A DNA stretch of 55,747 nt from an uncultured Marinoscillum sp. (GTDB lineage Bacteria > Bacteroidota > Bacteroidia > Cytophagales > MED-G16), in contig CACPJB010000003.1 of NCBI GenBank assembly GCA_902634135.1, positions 1-55,747 of the forward strand, in the 5' to 3' direction. Position numbers and translations under genes: made by a program. Below the pieces are notes generated by a model, which was not told the DNA's origin, did not search any database, and saw only the letters and a program-made list of their open reading frames with translations. Below, piece by piece: positions 45,812 through 55,747 of this stretch (position 1 is its first letter; each line of letters starts with the position of its first letter).

Positions 45812-47755
45812 TTGGAATTTTTTTATAATTTTTCTTTTGACTCAATAATATTCCTCTCAACATATTTAATTATATGTATATCTTCATTTTACCTTAGCTC
45901 ACGACTCAAAAAATTAGGATTACCTCTTGTAACATGTTTTATTATTGTGGGTTTAATAATAGGGCCAAGTCTTTTAAATATTATTAGTAATAATATTATA
46001 AAAGAAATTGAATTTGTATTTGACATATCTTTAGGTTTTATAGCATTTGCTGCTGGTTCTGAGCTTTTTTTTAAAGAAATAAAAGGAACACTTAATAGTA
46101 TTAAATGGAATACAATAAGCAGTATACTAGTTACATTTATTATTAGTTTTATTCTTGTTTTTTTAGCATTAAATTCATTAGAATTTTTTGATAAAGTTCA
46201 GTTTGATATTAAAATATATTTATCATTATTATGCGCATCAATTTTTGTTGCGAGGTCTCCAGCATCTGCTCTAGCAGTAATAAATGAATTAAGAGCTAAA
46301 GGTAAATTTACATCAACATCAATGGGTGTTTTATGCCTTTCAGATTTTGGTGTTATCTTATTATTTGCAATTATATTTTCTTTAATAAAGTCTATAGATT
46401 ATGGTTCCCTTCAATTTTTAAATATATTAATTATAATCTTTGAAATAATTGTTTCAATTGTTGCTGGTTTTATTTATGGAATTATTTTAAATCTTTTTCT
46501 GAATATCAGTATTAATAAATATATAAAGTATTTTTTATTAGTAATTATTGGATTCTCAGCTTTTATTTTTTCAGACTATATAAGGGATATATCATTATTG
46601 TCATTAAATAAAGAAATAATTTTTGAGCCACTTTTAATATGTATGGTTTCCGGAATATATGTAATTAATAGAACTGATAAAAGACTTGAGTTTTTAGATT
46701 TCGTCGATGTTTCAGGAAAATATATTTATGTTGTTTTCTTTACTCTTATAGGAGCATCGTTAGATATTTTTCTTGTATTTCAGATTTTTCAATATGCTAT
46801 ACTATTTTTTATTATAAGAATTATCTCACTTTTTTTTGCTTCTTACTTGGGGGGTCATCTAGCTAAAGATCATTTTCATTATAAACTATTAGGTTGGACT
46901 CCTCATATTACTCAAGCTGGAGTTTCATTGGGTTTAATTCAACTTATTCAAAATGAATTTAATTATTGGGAGCATGAAATTATTGGGCAAGTATCAATTA
47001 TATTAATTTCTTCAATTATTATTAGTCAGTTTGTAGGTCCACCTATATTTAAATGGGCTTTAAACTTTTTAAAAGAAACTAATAGAAGAAAAAAAATATC
47101 TTTATCTAAAAAAAAGAGGGTCATAATATTTGGACTTGAGCCACAGTCTTTATCTGTTGCATCTCTTCTAAAATCCAGAGATTGGATTGTTGATATTGTA
47201 ACCTTTGAAACAGACAAGTCACTTAAGGTGCCAGAAGGAATTGAAAATATAAAGATTGAAAATATTGATAAATATAATTTTGATAAAATTGAATATACAA
47301 AAGCCGACTCAGTTATATGCTTCTGTTCAGATAAAATAAATCAAGAAATATGTAATTTGTCTCATTCAACTTATGGAAATAAAAACCTAATTGTTAGAAT
47401 AAATGAACACCTAAATGCTGATTCATTTTCTGAGTTTAATATCAAACTTATTCATCCCTCAGATGCAATTATTAATTTAATTGATCAATACGTTAGATCT
47501 CCTTTAGGCACATCAATATTTTTGGGAAAGGAAAAAGATAAGGAGGTTAGAGATATTAGATTAGTTAATGAAAAAATATCTGGATCTCTTTTACGTGATT
47601 TAAAGCTCCCTCGAGATGTGTTAATGTTATCTATTAAAAGAAATGATGAAATAATTCTTAGTCATGGCTACACAAGACTCTTAAAAGAAGATATAATAAC
47701 CTTTTTGGGGTCTAGAAATAGTTTGGATAAGTTAACATTAAGATTTGATAGTTAG
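45812..47755 (+). CDS. CPA2 cation:proton antiporter with C-terminal RCK (TrkA-N/TrkA-C) domains
   Basis: Many TM segments, FAAGSEL, RSPASALAVINE, QAGVSLGL, VGPP; C-terminal LRDLKLPRDVLMLSIKR...HGYTRL. Confidence 0.85.
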   Translation: MEFFYNFSFDSIIFLSTYLIICISSFYLSSRLKKLGLPLVTCFIIVGLIIGPSLLNIISNNIIKEIEFVFDISLGFIAFAAGSELFFKEIKGTLNSIKWNTISSILVTFIISFILVFLALNSLEFFDKVQFDIKIYLSLLCASIFVARSPASALAVINELRAKGKFTSTSMGVLCLSDFGVILLFAIIFSLIKSIDYGSLQFLNILIIIFEIIVSIVAGFIYGIILNLFLNISINKYIKYFLLVIIGFSAFIFSDYIRDISLLSLNKEIIFEPLLICMVSGIYVINRTDKRLEFLDFVDVSGKYIYVVFFTLIGASLDIFLVFQIFQYAILFFIIRIISLFFASYLGGHLAKDHFHYKLLGWTPHITQAGVSLGLIQLIQNEFNYWEHEIIGQVSIILISSIIISQFVGPPIFKWALNFLKETNRRKKISLSKKKRVIIFGLEPQSLSVASLLKSRDWIVDIVTFETDKSLKVPEGIENIKIENIDKYNFDKIEYTKADSVICFCSDKINQEICNLSHSTYGNKNLIVRINEHLNADSFSEFNIKLIHPSDAIINLIDQYVRSPLGTSIFLGKEKDKEVRDIRLVNEKISGSLLRDLKLPRDVLMLSIKRNDEIILSHGYTRLLKEDIITFLGSRNSLDKLTLRFDS

Positions 47756-47775
47756 TTTTAAAAAGATTGTAAAGT

Positions 47776-47783
47776 TATATTTG
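47776..47783 (+). promoter_or_regulatory. -7 box TATATTTG abutting the glyS start
   Basis: TANNTTTG ends 4 nt before ATG 47788. Confidence 0.5.
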
Positions 47784-47787
47784 TCGA

Positions 47788-49326
47788 ATGGATAACAATG
47801 ATATACTAAAGAAAGTGATTTCTCACTCAAAGGCTAATGGCTTTATTTATCAATCAAGTGAAATTTATGATGGCCTAAGTGCAGTCTATGATTATGGACC
47901 ATATGGTTCAGAACTTAAAAATAATTTGAAAGAGTTTTGGTGGAAGTCGATGACTCAAATGAATGATAATATTGTAGGAATTGACTCCTCAGTGTTTATG
48001 GATCCTATGACATGGAAAGCTTCGGGACACATTGATGCATTTAATGATCCATTAATTGATAATAAAGATTCAAAGAAAAGATACAGGGCGGACGTCTTAA
48101 TAGAAGATTATATTTCTAAAGTAAACTCCAAAATTGAAAAGGAAGTAAAGAAAGCAAGTAAAAGGTTTGGAGATAAATTTGAAGAAAAAGTTTTTAGAGA
48201 AACGAATGAAAGAGTACTAAAATATTCTCGACATATTGAAGAAATTTCAACTAAAATGAATTCTTCTCTTAAATCAAATGATCTAAAAACTTTAAAAAAT
48301 TTAATTGATTCTTTAAATATTAACGACCCTATATCCGGTACGTCTAATTGGACTGACGTAAAGCAATTTAATTTAATGTTTTCTACTGATATTGGATCTT
48401 CTTCAGAGTCTTCAAAAAAAATATATTTAAGACCCGAAACAGCTCAAGGAATATTTCTTAATTTTTTGAATGTTGTAAACTCAACTAGAGTAAAAATACC
48501 ATTTGGAATTGCTCAGATTGGAAAAGCATTCAGAAATGAAATTATTGCAAGACAATTTATATTTAGAATGAGAGAGTTTGAGCAAATGGAAATGCAATTT
48601 TTTGTTGAACCAGGGTCGGAGATGGAATGGTATGAAAAATGGAAAGAGAAAAGAATGAAATGGCATTATGCCTTAGGTCTTGGAAAAAATTCATATAAAT
48701 TTCATGATCATGAAAATTTAGCTCATTATGCTAACGCAGCATGTGATATTGAATTTAATTTTCCTATGGGGTTCAAAGAGCTTGAAGGTATACATTCAAG
48801 AACAGATTTTGACTTAAAAAATCATCAAGAACATTCAGGTAGGAAGCTAAATTATTTCGATCAAAAATCAGGATCGAGCTATATTCCATATGTTGTCGAG
48901 ACTTCAATAGGGCTAGATAGATTATTTTTATCAGTAATTTCCTCTGCTCTTGAGAATGAAAAGTTAGATGATGGGTCAGAAAGAATATTATTAAAGTTAC
49001 CTTTTGAGTTATCACCTATAAAGGTTGCAGTTATGCCTTTAAATGATAAAGATGGATTATCCGAAAAAGCTATAAAAATATATGATGACCTAAAATTAAA
49101 TTTTAATGCTCAATATGATTATAAAGATTCCATTGGCAAAAGATATAGAAGACAAGATGCTATTGGAACCCCTTTTTGTGTTACTGTTGACTATGATTCT
49201 TTAAAAGATGATTCAGTAACAATTAGAAATAGGGATTCAATGAATCAGGAAAGAATTCCTATCAAAAATTTAGAAGCTCATATCTCAAAATTCACTTCTA
49301 TTAATAATTTATTAAGGAAAATTTAA
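47788..49326 (+). CDS. glyS: Glycine--tRNA ligase, alpha2 (eukaryote-like) type
   Basis: YDYGPYG, WKASGH, YLRPETAQGIF, FRNEI, REFEQME, SIGKRYRRQDAIGTP. Confidence 0.96.
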   Translation: MDNNDILKKVISHSKANGFIYQSSEIYDGLSAVYDYGPYGSELKNNLKEFWWKSMTQMNDNIVGIDSSVFMDPMTWKASGHIDAFNDPLIDNKDSKKRYRADVLIEDYISKVNSKIEKEVKKASKRFGDKFEEKVFRETNERVLKYSRHIEEISTKMNSSLKSNDLKTLKNLIDSLNINDPISGTSNWTDVKQFNLMFSTDIGSSSESSKKIYLRPETAQGIFLNFLNVVNSTRVKIPFGIAQIGKAFRNEIIARQFIFRMREFEQMEMQFFVEPGSEMEWYEKWKEKRMKWHYALGLGKNSYKFHDHENLAHYANAACDIEFNFPMGFKELEGIHSRTDFDLKNHQEHSGRKLNYFDQKSGSSYIPYVVETSIGLDRLFLSVISSALENEKLDDGSERILLKLPFELSPIKVAVMPLNDKDGLSEKAIKIYDDLKLNFNAQYDYKDSIGKRYRRQDAIGTPFCVTVDYDSLKDDSVTIRNRDSMNQERIPIKNLEAHISKFTSINNLLRKI

Positions 49327-51623
49327 TGGCAGAAAAATTTTCACACTTTGTTTTAAATAACAGAAAACTCTTCATTTTCTTAATTCTTATTTATACTATG
49401 TTCATGGGATATAAAGGGCTAGATGTAGAATATAATTATGATTTTTCTCAGACAGTGCCAGATACTGATGAGGAAATGATATATTATAATTCATTTAAAA
49501 ACACATTTGGTGAAGATGGGAACGTATTTGCTATTGGGTTGAAAGATTCTTCAATATTTAATATTGAAAACTTCAGGTTATATAACGATTACGTTGGTGA
49601 GGTAGAAAATATATATGGAGTAAAAGGAGCCTTAGGCTTACCAAGGTTACAAGCTCTTAAAAAAAATAATGAAAAGAAAAATTTTAATTTCATTAATATA
49701 TTTGATCCTCTTCCGAATTCTCAATTAGAGTACGACAGTTTATTAAGTCAGATAAAAAACGAAAAATTTTATGAAGGAAAAATTTTGAATGATGTTGGTG
49801 CACTCACGTTACTAGTCACAATAGATAAAAATGTTTTAAATTCTGAAAGTAGAAATAAATTAATGAATGATTTAATTTCTACAAGTGAGAGATTTAGTCT
49901 AGAATCTGGCATAAAGCTTCATTATGCTGGTCTACCTTACTCTAGGTATATTCTTGCAGAGAGTGTAAAAAAAGAATTGACAATGTTACTTATAGTATCT
50001 GTAGTGGTATTAGGAATAATTCTTTTTATTTTCTTCAGATCTATTGATACAGTTTTTGTCCCATTAATTATAATTGGAATAGTTGTCACATGGGTTTTTG
50101 GAACATTAGCTTTATTTGGTTTTAAAATTACTTTATTAACAGGGTTACTTCCTCCTATAATTGTTGTAATTGGAATTCCAAATTGTGTTTACATGTTAAA
50201 TTATTATCATTTTTCAATTCAGAAATTAAAAGATAAAAAAAAGGTGATAGTAAATGTAATAAAGACAATAGGATTAATTACTTTAATTACTAACTTAACA
50301 ACAGCTGTTGGTTTTTTTGTTCTTTCTACTACCGATATAAAAATTTTAACTGAATTTGGAATTGTAGCTGGGGTTAATGTATTAGCTACTTTCTTTGTAA
50401 GTATTTTTTTATTGCCATCTATTTATTTAGCTCTGCCAAAACCTAAAAGTAATCAGGTTAATTATTTAAACTATGAGTTTATAAATTATTTAATTAATGC
50501 TTTTAGAGAGATTTCATTCTCTCACAAGAAAAGAGTTTTTATAGTCTTTTCTATTATATTGATTTTTTCTTTTTATGGATTGTCAAAAATAAAATCAGTT
50601 TCTTTTTTGGTTGATGATGTTCCTGCAGAAAGTTCTTTAATGAAAGATTTAAAGTTTTTTGAATCAAATTTTTCAGGTGTAATGCCTCTTGAAATAGTAG
50701 TTGACTCTAAAATGAAAAAAGGAATTCAGAATCTTAACTTGCTTAAACGGGTTGATAGATTAGAACAATTTTTAGAGCAAAAAGATTATGTGTCATCTCC
50801 AATATCATTGGTCACTTTTATTAAAGCCTCAAGACAAGCATATTATAATAACAATCCCTCATTTTATACCCTTCCAAATAATAGAGATAAAAATTTTATT
50901 TTCCGATATATTTCAGATGGTTATGAAAATAATGTATCAAATGACAATTTGTCAAAATCATTTGTTGATTCAATAGGTCAGAAAATGAGAATATCATTAA
51001 ATGTAGCAGATTTGGGTTCTATGAAGTTAGATTCTGTAGTAAAAAATGTATTTAGGCCTGAGATTGATAAAATATTTTCAAAATCAAAAGCCGAAGTCGC
51101 AATGACAGGTACTACATTGATTTTTATAAAGGGCATTAATTTTTTAGTAGAAAACCTGTTGCAGAGTATGCTTTTAGCCTTTTTTATTATAAGTATAATT
51201 ATGTCTATGCTATTCAAGAATTTTAAAATGGTTATAATATCATTAATTCCAAATATTATACCACTCATTATTGCAGGAGGAATTATGGGATATTTCAATA
51301 TACCCTTAAAGCCTAGTTCAGCATTAGTTTTTAGCATAGTTTTTGGGATATCAGTAGATTATTCAATTCATTTTCTTGCAAAATTTAAGAATGAACTTCT
51401 AAGTAAAAAATTAGAGGATTCTATAATTAATACTATAAATCAAACTGGTAGATCTATGATTTTTACATCATTTATTCTCTTTTTCGGATTTATAATATTT
51501 GCATTTTCTAATTTTGGAGGAACAATTGTGTTAGGTGTGCTAACCTCAATAATTTTATTTGTAGCTATGATTACCAATTTAACTTTATTGCCAAGTATAA
51601 TTTTATATTTCTATAAAAAATAA
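49326..51623 (+). CDS. MMPL/RND family transporter
   Basis: Two membrane repeats with periplasmic loops; TNLTTAVGF, GISVDYSIH, TLLPS. Confidence 0.88.
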   Translation: MAEKFSHFVLNNRKLFIFLILIYTMFMGYKGLDVEYNYDFSQTVPDTDEEMIYYNSFKNTFGEDGNVFAIGLKDSSIFNIENFRLYNDYVGEVENIYGVKGALGLPRLQALKKNNEKKNFNFINIFDPLPNSQLEYDSLLSQIKNEKFYEGKILNDVGALTLLVTIDKNVLNSESRNKLMNDLISTSERFSLESGIKLHYAGLPYSRYILAESVKKELTMLLIVSVVVLGIILFIFFRSIDTVFVPLIIIGIVVTWVFGTLALFGFKITLLTGLLPPIIVVIGIPNCVYMLNYYHFSIQKLKDKKKVIVNVIKTIGLITLITNLTTAVGFFVLSTTDIKILTEFGIVAGVNVLATFFVSIFLLPSIYLALPKPKSNQVNYLNYEFINYLINAFREISFSHKKRVFIVFSIILIFSFYGLSKIKSVSFLVDDVPAESSLMKDLKFFESNFSGVMPLEIVVDSKMKKGIQNLNLLKRVDRLEQFLEQKDYVSSPISLVTFIKASRQAYYNNNPSFYTLPNNRDKNFIFRYISDGYENNVSNDNLSKSFVDSIGQKMRISLNVADLGSMKLDSVVKNVFRPEIDKIFSKSKAEVAMTGTTLIFIKGINFLVENLLQSMLLAFFIISIIMSMLFKNFKMVIISLIPNIIPLIIAGGIMGYFNIPLKPSSALVFSIVFGISVDYSIHFLAKFKNELLSKKLEDSIINTINQTGRSMIFTSFILFFGFIIFAFSNFGGTIVLGVLTSIILFVAMITNLTLLPSIILYFYKK

Positions 51624-51628
51624 TTTAG

Positions 51629-54600
51629 ATGGGAAAACGAAAGTTTAATGAACAAACTTCAATTGATTATTATAAAATAAGTAAGGAAATAATTTCTTAT
51701 TGGAATTCGAATAACATTTTTGAGAAGTCAATTAACAGCAGATCTAAAGATAAAATTTTTCCATTTTATGAGGGACCTCCATCAGCCAACGGTATGCCTG
51801 GAATCCATCATGTTATGGCCAGAACAATAAAAGATATTTTTTGTAGATATAAGACACTCAAAGGTTATAGAGTTTATAGGAAAGGTGGTTGGGACACACA
51901 CGGGCTTCCTGTTGAACTTCAAGTTGAAAAAAATTTAGGTATTACAAAAGATGATATAGGAAATAAAATTTCTGTTGCAAAATATAATGAAGAGTGTAAA
52001 GTAGCTGTCATGCAATTCAAAGAGACATGGGAAGAACTTACAGAAAGTATTGGATATTGGCTTGATATTGATGACGCATATATAACTTTTGAAAATAATT
52101 ATATTGAATCTATATGGTGGTCATTAAAGGAACTTTACAAAAAAGATCTCTTATATAAAGGATATACCATTCAACCTTATTCTCCTGCTGCAGGAACTGG
52201 ATTAAGCTCTCATGAACTTAATATGCCTGGAGCATATAAGAATATTAAAGACACTTCGCTAACAGCTCAATTTAAAATAGAGAAAAATAAAAAATCCAAT
52301 GATCTAATTGGTGATAATGATTGTTATTTTCTTGCTTGGACAACTACACCTTGGACCTTGCCCGCTAATAATGGCTTAGCTATAGGTGAAAAAATTAATT
52401 ATGTTTTAATTGAAACTTTTAATAAGTATACTGAGTCAAAAATTAATGTAATAATTGCTGAAAAATGTATTGAAAAGTTTTTTGATTCTAGTAACTTAAA
52501 AACATCTGAAAAATTAGTTTATGATAAACAAAAAATACCTTATAAAATTTTAAATACTTTTAAAGGTAAAGACTTAATTGGATTTGATTATGAACAGTTA
52601 TTACCTTATGTAAAAGCAGAAAAGCCAGCCTTTACTGTTGTATCAGGTGATTTTGTAACTACTGAGGAAGGAACGGGAATAGTTCATATAAGTTTAACTT
52701 TTGGATCTGATGACTTTTATGTTTCAAAGAAAAATAATTTACCTGGAATTTTTGTTAAAAATGAAAAAAATGAAAACGTTCCAATAGTTGACAAGTCTGG
52801 CAATTTTGTAAAAGAAATAGTAGATTTTGCTGGCCTACAAGTTAAATCATTTTCTGATGTTGAAGGGCTTACAACTGATGAGCAAATTTCAATCAAATTA
52901 AAGAAAGAAAATAAGGCATTTGATGTTAAAAAATATGAGCATAGTTATCCGCATTGCTGGAGAACAGATAAGCCTATATTATACTATCCACTTGAATCTT
53001 GGTTTATAAATTCAACAAGACTTAAAGATGATCTTATAAATAAAAATAAAGAAATTAATTGGCAGCCTGAGTCAACAGGAACTGGTCGATTTGGTAACTG
53101 GCTAGAAAATCTTGTTGATTGGAATTTAAGTAGATCTCGATTTTGGGGAACACCACTCCCTATATGGAGAACTAAAGATGGTAAAGAAGAAATTTGTATA
53201 GGAAGTGTTAAAGAATTACAAACAGAAATTAATAAGTCAGTTGAATTAGGCTTAATGAAAAAAAATACTTCAAGTAATATTGATTTACATAGACCATATG
53301 TTGATAAAATTATCTTATCCTCTAAGGATGGGTCACCAATGTATAGAGAAAAAGATATAATTGACGTTTGGTATGATTCTGGATCAATGCCATTCGCACA
53401 ATACCACTATCCATTTGATAACAAAGACCTTTTTGAAAAAATGTTTCCTGCAAAGTTTATTGCTGAGGGAGTGGATCAAACTAGAGGATGGTTTTTTACT
53501 CTCCACGCAATCTCAATAATGTTATTTGGAAAAGTAAGTTATGAAAATGTAATTTCTAATGGTTTAGTATTAGATAAAGATGGAAATAAGATGTCAAAAA
53601 GATTAGGAAATGCTGTTGACCCTTTCAATGTAATTAAAAAGTTCGGTCCTGATGCCACCAGATTGTATATGGTAATTAATTCTAATCCATGGGATAATCT
53701 AAGATTTGATATTGATGGTATATCTGAGATACTTAGAAAGTTTTTTGGAACATTGAATAATGTGTATAATTTTTTCGCTCTATACGCAAATATTGATGGG
53801 TTTACTGGAAAAGAAAAGTTAATTCCTTACGAGAAAAGAAGTCTTGAAGATAAGTGGATTATAAGTAAGTTAAATTCACTTATTAAGATTGTTGAGAATA
53901 AACTTGATAATTATGATCCAACGAAATCATCAAGAGAAATTAATAAGTTTATAAATGATGATTTGAGTAATTGGTATATTAGATTAAATAGAAAAAGATT
54001 TTGGAAAGGAGATCTGACAGATGATAAACTTATGGCATATCAGACTTTATATGAATGCCTTTATAAAGTTTCTATAATTTCTTCTCCTTTTATCCCATTT
54101 TATTCTGAAAAACTATTCAAGAATTTAAATGCATTTAATATTTCTGATTCTGAATCAGTTCATCTTTTAAAATTTCCTGAGATAGATAACAAAAGAATTT
54201 CAGATGTATTAGAAAGAAAAATGTTATATGCTCAAAATATTTCTTCATTAGTTCATTCAATTAGAAAAAAAGAAAAAATTAGAGTAAGGCAACCTCTATC
54301 AAAGATTTCTATACCAATGAAATCAAAAGAAATGGAATATGAAATTAAGGATGTCCAAAATATTATTTTATCTGAGGTAAATGTAAAAGAGATTGAATAT
54401 GTATATGACAACTCTAAAGTTTTTATCAAAAAAATTAAACCAAACTATAAAGAGTTAGGCTCAATTCATGGAAGGAATATGAAGTTGGTAGCAGATAGAA
54501 TATCTTTAATGACACAAGATGAAATTACTTATTTGGAAAATAACAAATCAATAAGTTTAGAGTTAGATAATAATTCGATCATCGAACTATTAGTTAATCA

Positions 54601-54979
54601 TGTTGAAATATTATTTGGAGAAATTGAAGGAAAGCAAGTTGCAAGTAATGATGTGTTTACTATAGCACTTGATATATCTATTGATGATAATCTTCTTTCC
54701 GAGGGGGTGTCAAGAGAGTTTATTAATAAGATTCAAAATGAAAGAAAAGACACAAAACTTGAGGTAACAGATAAAATTGAAATTCATATTGATAATTTAT
54801 CTCAAAAAATTGTTTCATTTTTATTAAAACACAAAGAGTTTATATGTAATGAGACACAAGCACTGGATCTTTTTATTCAAGATAATATTGTTGATTCAAA
54901 ACTTATGGATATTGATCTAGCCTCATCCAAGATTAATTCAACTGAGCTTAAGTTTAAAATTAAAAAGGTTAAAAAATAA
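51629..54979 (+). CDS. ileS: Isoleucine--tRNA ligase, type 2
   Basis: EGPPSANGMPGIHH, GWDTHGLPVE, WTTTPWTLP, EGVDQTRGWF, KMSKR; long C-terminus without a Zn finger. Confidence 0.97.
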   Translation: MGKRKFNEQTSIDYYKISKEIISYWNSNNIFEKSINSRSKDKIFPFYEGPPSANGMPGIHHVMARTIKDIFCRYKTLKGYRVYRKGGWDTHGLPVELQVEKNLGITKDDIGNKISVAKYNEECKVAVMQFKETWEELTESIGYWLDIDDAYITFENNYIESIWWSLKELYKKDLLYKGYTIQPYSPAAGTGLSSHELNMPGAYKNIKDTSLTAQFKIEKNKKSNDLIGDNDCYFLAWTTTPWTLPANNGLAIGEKINYVLIETFNKYTESKINVIIAEKCIEKFFDSSNLKTSEKLVYDKQKIPYKILNTFKGKDLIGFDYEQLLPYVKAEKPAFTVVSGDFVTTEEGTGIVHISLTFGSDDFYVSKKNNLPGIFVKNEKNENVPIVDKSGNFVKEIVDFAGLQVKSFSDVEGLTTDEQISIKLKKENKAFDVKKYEHSYPHCWRTDKPILYYPLESWFINSTRLKDDLINKNKEINWQPESTGTGRFGNWLENLVDWNLSRSRFWGTPLPIWRTKDGKEEICIGSVKELQTEINKSVELGLMKKNTSSNIDLHRPYVDKIILSSKDGSPMYREKDIIDVWYDSGSMPFAQYHYPFDNKDLFEKMFPAKFIAEGVDQTRGWFFTLHAISIMLFGKVSYENVISNGLVLDKDGNKMSKRLGNAVDPFNVIKKFGPDATRLYMVINSNPWDNLRFDIDGISEILRKFFGTLNNVYNFFALYANIDGFTGKEKLIPYEKRSLEDKWIISKLNSLIKIVENKLDNYDPTKSSREINKFINDDLSNWYIRLNRKRFWKGDLTDDKLMAYQTLYECLYKVSIISSPFIPFYSEKLFKNLNAFNISDSESVHLLKFPEIDNKRISDVLERKMLYAQNISSLVHSIRKKEKIRVRQPLSKISIPMKSKEMEYEIKDVQNIILSEVNVKEIEYVYDNSKVFIKKIKPNYKELGSIHGRNMKLVADRISLMTQDEITYLENNKSISLELDNNSIIELLVNHVEILFGEIEGKQVASNDVFTIALDISIDDNLLSEGVSREFINKIQNERKDTKLEVTDKIEIHIDNLSQKIVSFLLKHKEFICNETQALDLFIQDNIVDSKLMDIDLASSKINSTELKFKIKKVKK

Positions 54980-55548
54980 TGAAATCAAAATATTTTATAT
55001 TAATAGGCAGCTTAATATTTTTAGATCAATTTGTAAAATATATTGTTCATGTAAACATGCCACTCCACTCAGAAATTTCAATCATTGGAGATTTTATAAA
55101 GCTATATCATATTGAAAACCCTGGAATGGCTTTTGGTATAAATTTTGATTTTAAATACACTAAACTGCTTCTTTCACTTTTTAGATTAGTTGCCTCATTT
55201 GTTATTGGATATTATTTGTTTGGGCTCCTCAAAAAAAAATCAGATCCAATTTTATTATTATGTGTTTCTTTAATTCTTTCAGGCGCTATTGGTAATGTAA
55301 TAGATAGTATTTTTTATGGTATTATATATGATAATGCTCCAATGAATGCTCCATTTACTCTGTTTCATGGTCAAGTGATAGACATGTTTTACATAGACAT
55401 TTGGGAAGGATATTTGTCTGATAATATACCTTTAATAGGAGGAACATATTTGTCATTATGGCCCGTTTTTAATCTTGCTGATTCCTATATTTTTGTTGGG
55501 GTAGCATTACTTTTAATTTTTCAAAATAAAGTTCTTTTAGATAACTAG
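54979..55548 (+). CDS. lspA: Lipoprotein signal peptidase
   Basis: LDQ, ENPGMAFG, GAIGNVIDS, VIDM, PVFNLAD. Confidence 0.95.
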   Translation: MKSKYFILIGSLIFLDQFVKYIVHVNMPLHSEISIIGDFIKLYHIENPGMAFGINFDFKYTKLLLSLFRLVASFVIGYYLFGLLKKKSDPILLLCVSLILSGAIGNVIDSIFYGIIYDNAPMNAPFTLFHGQVIDMFYIDIWEGYLSDNIPLIGGTYLSLWPVFNLADSYIFVGVALLLIFQNKVLLDN

Positions 55549-55747
55549 ATAAAATATATGTCTTCAATTGAGGTGTGTTCTTTTTGAATTTTAATTAAAA
55601 TGTTTTTTTTATGATTTGTAAGTTCATTCCTTAACGGGGATGAACTTATTTGTATATAAAGTTTATTTTCTTTTATAAAGATTTTTTTTGTTCTTATTTG
55701 TGTATTATGGTTAGTTATTTTGTTCCAAGTTTCAATTATTTCAACTT
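55545..55747 (-). CDS. DUF721/DciA family protein, C-terminal part (5' end outside window)
   Basis: Not in the ORF track. My translation: ...VEIIETWNKITNHNTQIRTKKIFIKENKLYIQISSSPLRNEL...IYFI*; W...LYI..SS.LRNEL pattern. Confidence 0.75.
   Translation of the reverse strand, partial: VEIIETWNKITNHNTQIRTKKIFIKENKLYIQISSSPLRNELTNHKKNILIKIQKEHTSIEDIYFI

Overview
Very AT-rich, gene-dense chromosomal segment from a Bacteroidota bacterium. The inferred source is a streamlined, probably marine Cytophagales, based on the short GldK, the DUF4271-hemD-porP-gldKLMN and uvrC-PBP1a-sprE/M23-bactofilin-atp gene orders, TANNTTTG promoter boxes and the absence of Shine-Dalgarno sites. Left end: a partial surface lipoprotein with TSP3-like repeats (missed by the ORF track) and a three-gene polysaccharide utilization locus (SusC, SusD, GH128-CBM4 beta-1,3-glucanase). 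The rest is mostly housekeeping: tdk, Zn-alcohol dehydrogenase, S9 dipeptidyl peptidase, pirin and DUF3050, ArsC-like, MoxR, uvrA, hemW, the T9SS/gliding motor (porP-gldKLMN, sprE), uvrC, PBP1a, a split F0F1 ATP synthase operon (no atpD/atpC here), a YghO/ceramide-synthase-like GNAT, a Na+-pumping decarboxylase oadGAB, LOG, a CPA2-RCK antiporter, glyS, an MMPL transporter, ileS, lspA and a partial DUF721/DciA. I saw no rRNA, tRNA, CRISPR array, prophage or IS element. Most notable: a UvrC lacking all four Fe-S cysteines (with similar loss of metal-binding Cys in Tdk and UvrA), an overlapping DUF3050 (heme-oxygenase-like diiron) plus pirin (cupin) pair, oadGAB beside an H+-type ATP synthase, a minimal GH128-only PUL, and a G8 tract inside repeats in gldN. 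All family calls are by motif recognition from memory; no searches were run.
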